A DNA stretch of 64,000 bases from Patescibacteria group bacterium (GCA_038064975.1 JBBTRX010000001.1:336-64335); one strand, 5' to 3'. Positions 48,679 through 60,486 are shown, numbered from the stretch's first letter. Made by a program: numbers and translations. The notes: a model not told the origin generated them from the letters alone.

Positions 48679-48836
48679 TTACTCTATAGTAATTCCCGAT
48701 GTTCCGTCGCCCCGCAATTTGCGGGACTCCCTAAAACCCTTCGGTTTTAGCAGTTTCTCTCAGCCGTAGCTTACGAGCGAGGCCGGCACGGGAAACTCCC
48801 GTTTCCCGACCCCTTCACAAAAACACAGGAATTACT
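48679..48836 (-). mobile_element. Small structured element, copy B, at the rplK 3' end (putative)
   Basis: Same three-hairpin core as 19224-19313; inverted (48819-48836) and direct (48679-48697) copies of the rplK 3' end. Confidence 0.55.
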
Positions 48837-49254
48837 CAATAGTAATTCCCATGTTTTTTGCCGTGCCTTCAATGATTTTAACGGCTTGATCAATATTATC
48901 CGTATTCAAATCAGGAAGTTTCTTTTCTGCAATGGCGCGAACATCTGCTTTCGTAACTTTGCCTACTTTAAGCTTATTTGCAGTACCCGATCCTTTCTCA
49001 ATCCCTGCCGCTTTTTTAAGCAACGAAGAAGCCGGAGGAGTCTTCAAAATAAAGGAGAAGGTGCGATCCTGGTAAATCGTGATTTCCGCAGGAACAACAT
49101 CCCCCATCATTTCTTTGGTCCGTTCGTTAAATTCTTTGCAGAATTGGGCAATATTAATACCCTGGGGTCCAAGAGCGGTTCCCACTGGCGGTGCAGGATT
49201 TGCCTGCCCTGCCGTGATCTGAAGCTTGATTACTGTTTTGATTGGTTTTGCCAT
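48832..49254 (-). CDS. rplK: 50S ribosomal protein L11
   Basis: [28 protein letters not shown]. Confidence 0.99.
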   Translation of the reverse strand: MAKPIKTVIKLQITAGQANPAPPVGTALGPQGINIAQFCKEFNERTKEMMGDVVPAEITIYQDRTFSFILKTPPASSLLKKAAGIEKGSGTANKLKVGKVTKADVRAIAEKKLPDLNTDNIDQAVKIIEGTAKNMGITIE

Positions 49255-49332
49255 GAATATTAACCGCTGGTTATAAGAGAGTTCAGAATACTAAAAAATC
49301 GTCTGTTGCGCAAGTAGTCTGAAACCCTATCC

Positions 49333-49905
49333 CTAGAGCTTCTGTACTTGTAAAGAATCCAGCTCAACCATAGTGTCGCGGCTGAAAATCGCGACGAGAA
49401 CTTTAATCTTCCCTTTTTCATTATCAATTTCTGAAACTTTTGCTTCGTAATCTTTAAAGGGCCCGTCAGTAATCTTAACCGTATCCCCTTCGCGCAAATC
49501 CACTTTAAAGCGCGCCTCCTTATCACTCATGCGGGACATGAAGGTATCTACTTCTTCGCGGGAAAGCGGCGTCGGCGTTGCCGCATCCGGTCCTACGAAG
49601 CCAGTAACACGAGGCGTATTGCGGACGACATACCACGAATCATCAGTGAGTATCATATCTACAAGTACGTATCCCGGATAGCTCTTTTCTTCCACAGTTC
49701 TGCGCTTGCCGTTTTTAATTTTAATCTTCCGCTCTTTAGGAACAATAACGTTAAAAATCTTATCGTTCATCGCGAGCGAATCAACGCGCTGATTTAAATA
49801 GCGGGCAACAGCATCTTCATACCCTGAATAGGTATGGATCGCGTACCAATGACGCTCCCCTTTAGGAGTTTCTTGCGGTTTGCGTTGTTCTTTTGCCTCT
49901 GTCAT
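49333..49905 (-). CDS. nusG: Transcription factor NusG
   Basis: WYAIHTYSGYE, YPGYVLV, VRNTPRVTGFVG, KOW motif; start moved to ATG 49905. Confidence 0.98.
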   Translation of the reverse strand: MTEAKEQRKPQETPKGERHWYAIHTYSGYEDAVARYLNQRVDSLAMNDKIFNVIVPKERKIKIKNGKRRTVEEKSYPGYVLVDMILTDDSWYVVRNTPRVTGFVGPDAATPTPLSREEVDTFMSRMSDKEARFKVDLREGDTVKITDGPFKDYEAKVSEIDNEKGKIKVLVAIFSRDTMVELDSLQVQKL

Positions 49906-49912
49906 GTAATTT

Positions 49913-50098
49913 CTAAAATATAAATTGCTGAAGGATTGAAGTAAACGCAAAATCCAGAACACCCAAAAACAATGCCGTTGCGAGCGACATGCCAATCACG
50001 ATAAATGTAAGACGGCGCGTTTCCGCGAATGTAGGCCAATTAATTCGCTTAAACTCACGTCTCGTTTCTTGGAAAAATAGGATTGCCTTGGCGAACAT
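49913..50098 (-). CDS. secE: Preprotein translocase subunit SecE
   Basis: EFKRINWPT plus one TM helix; upstream of nusG. Confidence 0.92.
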   Translation of the reverse strand: MFAKAILFFQETRREFKRINWPTFAETRRLTFIVIGMSLATALFLGVLDFAFTSILQQFIF

Positions 50099-50150
50099 AG
50101 AGAATAGTGTCCAATATACCGATAAAATATCGTGAAGTCAACTAATGCGA

Positions 50151-52229
<2,079 letters not shown>

Positions 52230-52345
52230 CTAAAACAAAGCGATTTATAAGAAAAAAAGAGCTATATACACAGGGTTAATTGACAAATAGTTAAAATATG
52301 CTATCCTTAAATTAGTTCCCTTATATCCACAAACGGAGGAAGAGC

Positions 52346-52642
52346 ATGGTCCAACAAGGAAGGATCGATTTCGACGAAGTCACGATTATCACAAGACTTG
52401 GAAAGTCATGGACCGAAGATGAGATGGAGCACCTGATCGAACATGTCGGCCCTCTGTCGCCGATGCCAGGAACCGAAGATACAGTACTCATGATTCCTGG
52501 AGTACACAGCACGATCACGATCAACGGGATTCTCGGTCACTACAAGTTCGATCGAAAAACGGTCCTCAAGTCTGAAGTTCCGCAATTCCCCAAGTCCATC
52601 CCCCCTCAAGTCCTCGAGACAGTACTTGCAGGCCTTGTCTAG
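52346..52642 (+). CDS. Hypothetical protein
   Basis: TTGACA promoter at 52280, GGAGG SD, terminator 52655-52689. Confidence 0.55.
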   Translation: MVQQGRIDFDEVTIITRLGKSWTEDEMEHLIEHVGPLSPMPGTEDTVLMIPGVHSTITINGILGHYKFDRKTVLKSEVPQFPKSIPPQVLETVLAGLV

Positions 52643-52705
52643 GAACTCGCGCACACCCCGCACCATCACTGGTGCGGGGTCATTTTTTTACAAAGACTTC
52701 CTTTC

Positions 52706-53920
52706 CTACCTAATTACAGCGCGGAGTTCTTCTGTTGTTTGGTGTTCTATAGCGTGATGCACTGCACTCACTTCATCATTAGTGAGCGTCCGTGCGAACG
52801 AACGATACACAATACGGAAGGTATAGCTTTTCTTTCCTTCGCCAAGCTTTTTCTCATTTTCATACTCATCAATTAATTGCACCTCTTCAATCAAATCTTT
52901 TCCAAGTTCCCGCACGATTTCATAAAAACGGTTCGGCACGACGTCGCTATTTACGATAAACGAAATATCACGGGTTACTGTAGGATATTTACTAATTTCC
53001 TCATACTGGCTATCAACGCTCGTAAATTGTTTCGTAATGCGAGGATTGTCGGACCATAAAATGCGAATATCAGGAATATTCATTTTTTGCATCGCCAAGC
53101 GCTCCACACCAAAACCAAATGCCCATCCGTTATAAACCTGTGGGTCAATATTTAAATTTTTAAGCGTTGTTTCTCGCGCAAGGCCGGCACCCAAAATCTC
53201 AAGCCACTCCCCTTTAAATTTTATTTCCATCTGCGTACTCGGATGCGTGTAGGGGAAATTGTCGTCCAAAAACCGCGCCTCAATATTGGGACCGAATACT
53301 GACTGCACGATATTCGTAAGTACTCCGTGCAAATCATCCAGAGTAATCACCTTTTCGCTCCGACGCGTAAGAAAAAGCCCGTCAATCTGATGAAATATGG
53401 GGGAGTGCTTCCGATCAATCTCATCCTTGCGATATACTTTGCCGTAGGAAAGCACGCCAAGCCATCCGCGGGTCTCTAATTTTTTAACAATGTTCGGATC
53501 AAGCAAATAATACATCCACATGGATGTCGTCTGTGTACGGAGCAACCGTTCGGGAGTAATAAAGTAAGTGTCCGTTGGACGCCGTGCAGGATGATCACTC
53601 GGAAAATCAAAAAGATCAAAATTATATTCCGTGGTTATCGTTTCAGGAATAGAAGCAATATCAAAATCCTTAAAGAGAGGAAGACTTACGATAGTATCAA
53701 TAACAAGCTTAACCGGAGAATTTTCCTTGCGCGTAAGATCGGGCAAATTAATAAGACGTAAAAAACGGAGCGCATCAAAATCTTTTCGCTTTTTTAAACT
53801 CTCCAAAACTGGAGTTTCTTCCGAATCAAGATATGTTATTGCCTCACCTCCTGTCCGCGAGTCTATTCTCTCGTCTTTTCGAGGAAAAGGCGGAGGGAGT
53901 TTCTTCCCAAATGTAGCCAT
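52706..53920 (-). CDS. pheS: Monomeric (mitochondrial-type) phenylalanine--tRNA ligase: PheS catalytic domain fused to an FDX-ACB domain
   Basis: HPARRPTDTYF, LLRTQT, FHQIDG, GWAFGFGVERLAM, then SKYPTVTRDISF...YRSFARTLTNDEV. Confidence 0.9.
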   Translation of the reverse strand: MATFGKKLPPPFPRKDERIDSRTGGEAITYLDSEETPVLESLKKRKDFDALRFLRLINLPDLTRKENSPVKLVIDTIVSLPLFKDFDIASIPETITTEYNFDLFDFPSDHPARRPTDTYFITPERLLRTQTTSMWMYYLLDPNIVKKLETRGWLGVLSYGKVYRKDEIDRKHSPIFHQIDGLFLTRRSEKVITLDDLHGVLTNIVQSVFGPNIEARFLDDNFPYTHPSTQMEIKFKGEWLEILGAGLARETTLKNLNIDPQVYNGWAFGFGVERLAMQKMNIPDIRILWSDNPRITKQFTSVDSQYEEISKYPTVTRDISFIVNSDVVPNRFYEIVRELGKDLIEEVQLIDEYENEKKLGEGKKSYTFRIVYRSFARTLTNDEVSAVHHAIEHQTTEELRAVIR

Positions 53921-53934
53921 ACGGTATATAAAAA

Positions 53935-54237
53935 TTATAGTATCACACTCTCTTTAATCCGCTCCATTTCCCGCTCCACGACATCCCCGTCATATTCTCC
54001 TGCATGAGCACTCGTTCCCGAGTAGGATGGCGCCCTCTGATCCAAATGCAGATTGATAACCCATGCGTCCCCTTGTGGCGCTACATACACATGGAACCGC
54101 GGAAAATCCCCACCTCCTGCGCGGCGCACATAAGAGATTTCTTTAGTCCTTCCATTCACTTCTTGTTTGTACCCCGCATTCCGAAGCAAGAGCGGAATAT
54201 TTTTTTGCCCTCCGGCGTTAGGAATTAAAAGTTTCAT
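53935..54237 (-). CDS. Hypothetical protein
   Basis: FPRFHVY...LHLDQ motif; operonic with pheS. Confidence 0.6.
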   Translation of the reverse strand: MKLLIPNAGGQKNIPLLLRNAGYKQEVNGRTKEISYVRRAGGGDFPRFHVYVAPQGDAWVINLHLDQRAPSYSGTSAHAGEYDGDVVEREMERIKESVIL

Positions 54238-54242
54238 ATATA

Positions 54243-54318
54243 TGGTGCCGACGGGAGGAATCGAACCTCCGACCTAGCGCTTATGAAACGCCCGCTCTAA
54301 CCGCTGAGCTACGTCGGC
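54243..54318 (-). tRNA. tRNA-Met/Ile2(CAT), elongator type
   Basis: GCCGACG/CGTCGGC acceptor; GGCGT-TTCATAA-GCGCT; encoded CCA. Confidence 0.93.
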
Positions 54319-54433
54319 AACGTCCCCATAAATGTACTAAAAAATGAGGAGAGATGCAAAAGAATACAATCCTTTCAGTTCGAGTCCCATCACAAAAAAT
54401 TAATCCGCTCATAAAGAGCGGTATTAATTTTTG

Positions 54434-54507
54434 CGCGGTGGACGGGACTCGAACCCGCGACCTCTTCCGTGACAGGGAAGCGCTCTAGCCAGCTGAGCTA
54501 CCACCGC
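54434..54507 (-). tRNA. tRNA-Asp(GTC), CCA not encoded
   Basis: GCGGTGG/CCACCGC acceptor; CTTCC-CTGTCAC-GGAAG. Confidence 0.95.
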
Positions 54508-54634
54508 AATACGATAAAACTAGCTACTGCATAACTAACAACTTACGACATCACTCATAGCATATATAGAGATATATCGATAGCAAAGAGCAGTATATCA
54601 AAGCCGGAATAATAAGAAAAGAGTTGCGCTATCG

Positions 54635-55459
54635 ATGTCAATTGAATACTATAGTAAAGGTTCGTTCACAAAGGCATCTCACGGAGGAGCACCTGTGCTC
54701 AAGGTGAAATCACTGTTACTAGGAACAGGAACAAAGAATTTTGATTTAAAGAACGGCAATGCTCAAAGCGTTCAGCGTCAAGTTGAGCATATTTTGAAAT
54801 CTGGAGGAATTCGAAGAGCAGTTATGCCAAGGTGCGACTTTACAGCAAACCTTGAACGCTTCCGATCTGAAACGGGAGCTAACTGGATGGAAAAGACAAT
54901 CAATCCTGCAGACGGAGTGATTGTCTGTGAACCCCATGTCAGCATCGTCTTCTTTCCTGCTGATTGCCCTATCGTCACCATTTTTGACCCCCAAGAAGGA
55001 AAACTTGCTGGACTCCACATTGGCTACCGTTCCCTTTTTAATGGAAAGGAAGTGCGGAATCCCTGCATCCTTGATACTACGCTGGAACGCGGAGCATTTA
55101 ATGTAGAAGGTGTTCAAGTATGTATTCATCCTTGCATCAAGAGTTGTTGTTTCGGGGTAGACCACCATCCAAAAATAGACAGTCTCCCCCATACCATTGC
55201 CACAAAAGGTCCGCGCAAAGGGCAACGCTCTCTTGATCTCCAAGGATACATCAAGGAAAGGATCATCTCCTTTGGTATTCCCGAGGCGCGAATTCAGACA
55301 GAAGCAATGTGTACAGCATGCGCAGATAGACCAGAAGACCCCGCACCGGAAGTAGAAGAAGGCGTAGAACCTCGTAGATATTTTCCACGATACCATTCTC
55401 ATTGCTACGATGCACCGAATGACGGAAGGAATCTCTTCGCCGCGTGGATTGAGGAATAA
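54635..55459 (+). CDS. YfiH/PgeF-like (laccase-domain) protein
   Basis: ADG...ADCPIV...HIGYRS...PCIKSCCF...LDL...CTAC...RN pattern. Confidence 0.8.
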   Translation: MSIEYYSKGSFTKASHGGAPVLKVKSLLLGTGTKNFDLKNGNAQSVQRQVEHILKSGGIRRAVMPRCDFTANLERFRSETGANWMEKTINPADGVIVCEPHVSIVFFPADCPIVTIFDPQEGKLAGLHIGYRSLFNGKEVRNPCILDTTLERGAFNVEGVQVCIHPCIKSCCFGVDHHPKIDSLPHTIATKGPRKGQRSLDLQGYIKERIISFGIPEARIQTEAMCTACADRPEDPAPEVEEGVEPRRYFPRYHSHCYDAPNDGRNLFAAWIEE

Positions 55460-55473
55460 CTCGCAAATCCCGT

Positions 55474-56784
55474 CTAAGCCCTTTGGGCTTGGACGGCTTT
55501 TTTATATTGCATTCCCCTATCTTCGTAGTTTTTGAACATATCAAAACTCGCTGCTCCAGGAGAAAGTATAATACTCACTCGTGGACACTCTTCGCTAAGC
55601 GATTGCTTTGCGGTGCGATATGCATGCAGAACCGCAGAAGATATTGTAGGAGCAGAATATTTTTTGAAGAATAATGGACCAAGAAGGTTGCTAAGTTTAT
55701 GCTGTATTTCTCCAATAGCAATAATTTCTAATGCGTATTGTTTCTGCTTGATTGCGGCATTGCGGAGCGGAGCGTAATCAAGATTTTTATTTTTACCTCC
55801 TGCTATTAGAATGAACGGATGTGTGAACGAAGTAATCGCCGCTCCTGCCGCTTCAGGATTCGTTGCTGCTGAATCATCGAAGAAATCAATAATGCCTTGT
55901 TCTGTTGTTATAGTGCGTACTAACTCCATGCGATGAGCAAGGCCTCTAAAATTTTTGAGCGATTTTTGAATGATAGTGTCAGAAACGCCAATATGCTTCG
56001 CAATAGCAATAGCAATATCCCTATTTTTACGCGATCCCTTTTCGTGCGGATATACGGGAAATTTCTTGCCCCGTGATTGTTTCGCAATTTTTGTACTGAT
56101 TGGATTTTCCGCAAGATAAAAAATACTGTCGCCTTTTATCTGATATTTAGCAATTGCCGTTTTAGCATCATAATATTCGCGAAGTGATGCGTGGCTATCT
56201 AAATGATCAGGAAACATATCAATCACAGTCGCGATGTGAGGCGATTCCGTAAGATCTTGTAATTGAAAGCTTGAGAGTTCAAGGATAACGAAATCAGCTC
56301 GTCGAGCCGCACGTAAGGCATCAAGCATAGGGAAACCAATATTCCCTACGACGGTAACGCGTTTTTTTGCGTTTTTAAGAATATGAGCAAGGAGCGTTAC
56401 GGTTGTACCCTTGCCTTTTGTGCCAGTAATTCCGATAAGCTTCTTTCGCATCGGGCGCATGAGCGCGAAGAAAAGTTTTGTTTGACTCGTAATTACTACT
56501 CCTTTCTTTCGAACATCCTGCAATGCAGGTAAAAGATAAGGAATGCCAGGCGAGCGAAAAATAAGATCAAACGATGAAAGATTTGTCGTATAATTTCGTC
56601 CTGTTTTTATATGAACGGACTTGGGAATATCACTATAGTGAGACTTGGAAATCAAGTTTTTATCAAGAATCCAAATTTCCGCTCCTTTATGAATAGGACT
56701 CTTGAGGAGAAACTGAAGAGTTGATTTACCCTCCCGTCCGAACCCTAAGAGAGCGATCTTCACTTTTATATGGTTTTCTTGCAT
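55474..56784 (-). CDS. murD: UDP-MurNAc-L-Ala--D-Glu ligase
   Basis: RSPGI, GITGTKGKGTT, ELSSFQL, DDSAATN, SPGAASFDMF; start moved to ATG 56784 because the longer ORF overlaps a tRNA. Confidence 0.95.
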   Translation of the reverse strand: MQENHIKVKIALLGFGREGKSTLQFLLKSPIHKGAEIWILDKNLISKSHYSDIPKSVHIKTGRNYTTNLSSFDLIFRSPGIPYLLPALQDVRKKGVVITSQTKLFFALMRPMRKKLIGITGTKGKGTTVTLLAHILKNAKKRVTVVGNIGFPMLDALRAARRADFVILELSSFQLQDLTESPHIATVIDMFPDHLDSHASLREYYDAKTAIAKYQIKGDSIFYLAENPISTKIAKQSRGKKFPVYPHEKGSRKNRDIAIAIAKHIGVSDTIIQKSLKNFRGLAHRMELVRTITTEQGIIDFFDDSAATNPEAAGAAITSFTHPFILIAGGKNKNLDYAPLRNAAIKQKQYALEIIAIGEIQHKLSNLLGPLFFKKYSAPTISSAVLHAYRTAKQSLSEECPRVSIILSPGAASFDMFKNYEDRGMQYKKAVQAQRA

Positions 56785-56812
56785 AATCGGTCCCTTCACT
56801 ATAGAATATTCG

Positions 56813-56885
56813 GGCAGGTTGGTGTACTGGTTGTGCATATCTGGCTCATAACCAGGAGGGGTAGGTTCGATTCCTGCACCTGCAA
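56813..56885 (+). tRNA. tRNA-Met(CAT), initiator-like but atypical
   Basis: G1xA72 mismatch, GCAGGT/ACCTGC; TCTGG-CTCATAA-CCAGG; GTAGG-TTCGATT-CCTGC. Confidence 0.8.
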
Positions 56886-56976
56886 CAGAATAAAATAATA
56901 GAAGTCTCGATGCAACGCAATCGGGGCTTTTATTATTCTGCAGGAAGAAGAATGAAAGTTTAGTATCTCATTAATT

Positions 56977-57852
56977 TTATACTGCCCGCTTTAATTCATC
57001 CACGAATTTCAGCGCTTCCCGACGCACATGGTCTGCGAGACGCGGGTCAATAATACTTTTAATACGGGCGGCTTCAATATCGCGTGCAGCCTCAGTTTTG
57101 AAATCAAGGATAGTTTGAGCCGCACTCATAACCGCATCAAGCTCCGGGTTTTCCATCAAAGATTTAGTTACAGTTATCGGCTCATTTACTGCCGTTTTAA
57201 GTACGTCTCCGACTCCTCCCTGACCCAATAACCTAAAGACATCGCTCGTGTCTTTTGTTTTTTGAATAAGCTCAAGCTCATCCGGATCAAGAAGATGCTC
57301 TACAAAGCGAGCATGTTCATCCATAATATTGTTCCAAAAGGTTGCCACTTCTTTTCTTTCAAATTCAGCATTTCCCTTACCCAATGTTTCAAGTCTGCGC
57401 ACCCAACGCTCTGCTTCATGCCGCGTATGGTCAAAGAAAAGCGGCCAAACCAAACTGCGCAAGCTACCACTACGCTGAGCATCGCCAAGCTCTGCTTTAT
57501 ATTCAATAAATGGTTTTATTTCTTCTATAATATCTTGTACAAATTTCTTAACATCTCCTTTCTCTGGTGCGCTCATCCCTTCTATTCTTTGATTAAGTTT
57601 GGTAAATTTTTCTGAAAATTCAAGAGCTTGTTTTCGTTCTTTCATTGCAACTTCCGGAGGCATAAGTAACGCAAAGAAAACTCCATGTTCGGCCATGATG
57701 TCAGTAGCAAATCGAGCATCAGCCCAAGCATGCCGACCTAAATCCACATCCCCTTCTTCAGGAAGAATAACAATTTTTTCATAGGGTTTTTCAGCAACAC
57801 TTTGGTCGCTCTTGCCTTTTCGCGTATGAACTTTCATATTTTTTTGTATCAT
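56977..57852 (-). CDS. DUF2935-like protein
   Basis: Duplicated IMxEH and DHxRxEA motifs (IMAEH/DHTRHEA; IMDEH/DHVRREA). Confidence 0.75.
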   Translation of the reverse strand: MIQKNMKVHTRKGKSDQSVAEKPYEKIVILPEEGDVDLGRHAWADARFATDIMAEHGVFFALLMPPEVAMKERKQALEFSEKFTKLNQRIEGMSAPEKGDVKKFVQDIIEEIKPFIEYKAELGDAQRSGSLRSLVWPLFFDHTRHEAERWVRRLETLGKGNAEFERKEVATFWNNIMDEHARFVEHLLDPDELELIQKTKDTSDVFRLLGQGGVGDVLKTAVNEPITVTKSLMENPELDAVMSAAQTILDFKTEAARDIEAARIKSIIDPRLADHVRREALKFVDELKRAV

Positions 57853-58198
57853 AATTTTATGATACCCATTTCCAATGAGATTCTAGTGAAAAAAGAATGG
57901 AGAAATATACATCACGCAGTAAAAATTAAGCCGTCCCTTATGGACGGTTTTGACTTTTAAATATTAATTTTCTATACTTTCAATATGCAATTCAGTATTC
58001 AAATTAAAAATTTAGTTGCTTATTACGCCGCATATACGTTTAAACCCCGGGTGCGGTAGTTTTCTTACTTAATATTGAAATCTCACGCCGCTCCCGAGCG
58101 GTTTTTTTGTTTTTCTTCGGGAAGGTTGTCGGCGTGAGTATGGAAAGGATATATATCCTCGCTCGTACCGACAAGAGTTCCTTAAGAAAGAGATCGCG

Positions 58199-58426
58199 AT
58201 GACTATCCGTTACTGGATGGATAACCACGGCGTGAAGCATAACCAAGACGTCGCGTGCATTTCGTGTTGTTGCGGACATCTTCATCCTGCACTACACGAA
58301 CGCCCCAGCGTATCAAACTTTGGGAAAGGGGTGTGCGTTCTGGGCGGCATTCATGCTCTCGTACCAGTCGATGGAAAACTGGTCTTTGACTACCAAGCAC
58401 AAGGTGAAGAGCACCGCTGCTACTAG
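58199..58426 (+). CDS. Small Cys/His-rich hypothetical protein
   Basis: ORF followed by a strong terminator 58439-58475. Confidence 0.4.
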   Translation: MTIRYWMDNHGVKHNQDVACISCCCGHLHPALHERPSVSNFGKGVCVLGGIHALVPVDGKLVFDYQAQGEEHRCY

Positions 58427-58494
58427 GTAGTGCGTTGAGGCGAATACAGAATCTGTTCTGTATTCGCCCTTTTTTATCTCAAGCTTTTTAAACT

Positions 58495-59064
58495 CTAATC
58501 AATTAACCCGAATTCTTGGAACGCTCGCCGATATTCTCCTACAATCGCGATTGCTTCGTCTCTCGTTAATTCTGGAGCAGTACCTTTATGAAACGCGTCT
58601 CGCATCTTATGCGCACGCCGAAGACCTTCTATGTTCGGTAGGACGCCAGGCGGAACCTGATCTAACCGCTCATGTACCGTCTGCCCACGATACCCCGCAA
58701 GGCGCAGTATTTCCCCAAAAATTAAATCTGCAAGCAAAATCGCATCTTTATGTTTTTTCGCATCATCAGTTCCTAAATCCTTAACGATGGTTTTCCATCC
58801 GCGGAGTGTCCTTCGCTTCATGAGCGTATTTCCGGCAAAGAGAGCATCTGCCCAATCATCGGCTTTAGAAATAAAAAATTTGCTTTTAACGAGTAACCAA
58901 AAGGAAATACCTCCAAAAAGAAGAGAGACAAGACCTCCTACGATATAGAGCAAAGTCCGATACTCATCAAAGATCGGTTCCACCGTATCCCGAGCCGTAA
59001 AAATCACGTCCAGAATGCTGCGGAATGCTTTTTCAATATCAAAATTATTGATGAAATCGTTCAT
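58495..59064 (-). CDS. Hypothetical membrane-anchored protein
   Basis: Start moved to ATG 59064, overlapping the gatA stop; one TM helix; AILLAD...GYRGQTVHERL...AHKMRD. Confidence 0.65.
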   Translation of the reverse strand: MNDFINNFDIEKAFRSILDVIFTARDTVEPIFDEYRTLLYIVGGLVSLLFGGISFWLLVKSKFFISKADDWADALFAGNTLMKRRTLRGWKTIVKDLGTDDAKKHKDAILLADLIFGEILRLAGYRGQTVHERLDQVPPGVLPNIEGLRRAHKMRDAFHKGTAPELTRDEAIAIVGEYRRAFQEFGLID

Positions 59065-60481
59065 AGTGTCTTCCAAGGCCAAAAAGATCGGCTTCATGGA
59101 AGTGTTTACCGATAAGCTGGAACCCAATAGGAAGGCCATGTACGCCGAGAACGGGAATAGAAAGAGCCGGAACTCCCGCAAGACTTGCAGGCATGGTAAA
59201 AATATCCGCAAGATACATTTGCATCGGATCCTCTGTTTTTTCTCCGAAGAGAAAAGCACGCGTTGGCGCGACTGGAGTAAGTAAGACATCTACCTCTTTA
59301 AATGCCTCGTCAAAATCCTGTTTTATTTTTGTCCTCACTTTCTGCGCCTTCGCATAATATGCGTCGTAATAGCCGGACGAAAGCACAAAGGTCCCCAGCA
59401 TAAGGCGCCGTTTCACTTCAATACCAAATCCGTTTCCTCTATTCTTCATATAGAGCTCCTGCAATGTTTTTGCCGATTCTCGCACGCCATAGCGCATACC
59501 ATCGTATCTCGCGAGATTAGAGCTTACTTCAGCAGGCATCACAATATAGTAGGTAGAAAGAGCGTACTTGGTATGTGGCATACGTACTTTTTTAAACGTA
59601 ACGCCAAGAGTTTTAAGCACTTCAATAACTGATTCAATCCCAACAGCAACTTCCGGCTCTATGCCCTCCACAAAATATTCATCGGGAATACCGATAGTCA
59701 TGGACTTTAGTTTTTCTAAATCCATTTCTAAAAGTTCATTACCATAGGTATGGTTCGTGGTCGTGGCGTCATACCGGTCATTGCCAGCGATTGCCTTAAA
59801 AATATGAGCTGCATCTTCAACCGTTTTCGCAAAGGGTCCAATTTGATCCAAACTAGATACCATTCCGATTAATCCGTGGCGAGATACCGCACCGTACGTT
59901 GGCTTTACCCCAACGACGCCGCAGAACGAAGCCGGTTGGCGAATGGACCCTCCCGTATCCGATCCGAGCGAAGCAAGCGCAAAATGAGCGGCAACCGCAG
60001 CAGCCGAACCACCGGACGATCCTCCGGGAACACGGCTGGTATCGTGAGGATTTTTGGTTTTCTGATATGCGGAGTTTTCCGTGGATGATCCCATAGCAAA
60101 CTCATCACAGTTCGTTTTACCCAAAAATACAGCACCGGACTCTCTAAGCCGTGTGATTGCCGTCGCGTCATAGGGAGCGACATACTGTTCTAATATTTTT
60201 GATCCTGCCGTTGCAGGCTTCCCTTCTACGAGTATATTATCCTTAATCGCCAACGGGGCTCCGGCAAGAATTCCAATTTCTTCGCCGCGAGCAATTTTTA
60301 AATCCACTTCTTCTGCTTGAATATACGCGGATTCTTTTGCAGTACTCAAGTACGCACCAATTTCTTTATCCTTCTCTTCAATATGCGCAAAATAGCGCTC
60401 GGCAACCTCAAGCGCCTTCATTTCCCGATGCTTCAGTTTTTCATGAAGCTTAGTAAGTGTAAGTTCGTGCAATGAGAACAT
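59045..60481 (-). CDS. gatA: Asp/Glu-tRNA amidotransferase subunit A
   Basis: GKTNCDEFAMGSS, PGGSSGGS, GSDTGGSIRQP, SNLARYDG. Confidence 0.98.
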   Translation of the reverse strand: MFSLHELTLTKLHEKLKHREMKALEVAERYFAHIEEKDKEIGAYLSTAKESAYIQAEEVDLKIARGEEIGILAGAPLAIKDNILVEGKPATAGSKILEQYVAPYDATAITRLRESGAVFLGKTNCDEFAMGSSTENSAYQKTKNPHDTSRVPGGSSGGSAAAVAAHFALASLGSDTGGSIRQPASFCGVVGVKPTYGAVSRHGLIGMVSSLDQIGPFAKTVEDAAHIFKAIAGNDRYDATTTNHTYGNELLEMDLEKLKSMTIGIPDEYFVEGIEPEVAVGIESVIEVLKTLGVTFKKVRMPHTKYALSTYYIVMPAEVSSNLARYDGMRYGVRESAKTLQELYMKNRGNGFGIEVKRRLMLGTFVLSSGYYDAYYAKAQKVRTKIKQDFDEAFKEVDVLLTPVAPTRAFLFGEKTEDPMQMYLADIFTMPASLAGVPALSIPVLGVHGLPIGFQLIGKHFHEADLFGLGRHYERFHQ

Positions 60482-60486
60482 ATATA

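Noticed and set aside
56785-56838. N-terminal extension of MurD and other ORF-track extensions (rpsP, gatB, nusG, rmuC, thyX)
   Set aside because: They overlap a tRNA, terminators or neighbouring genes; downstream ATGs match family N-termini
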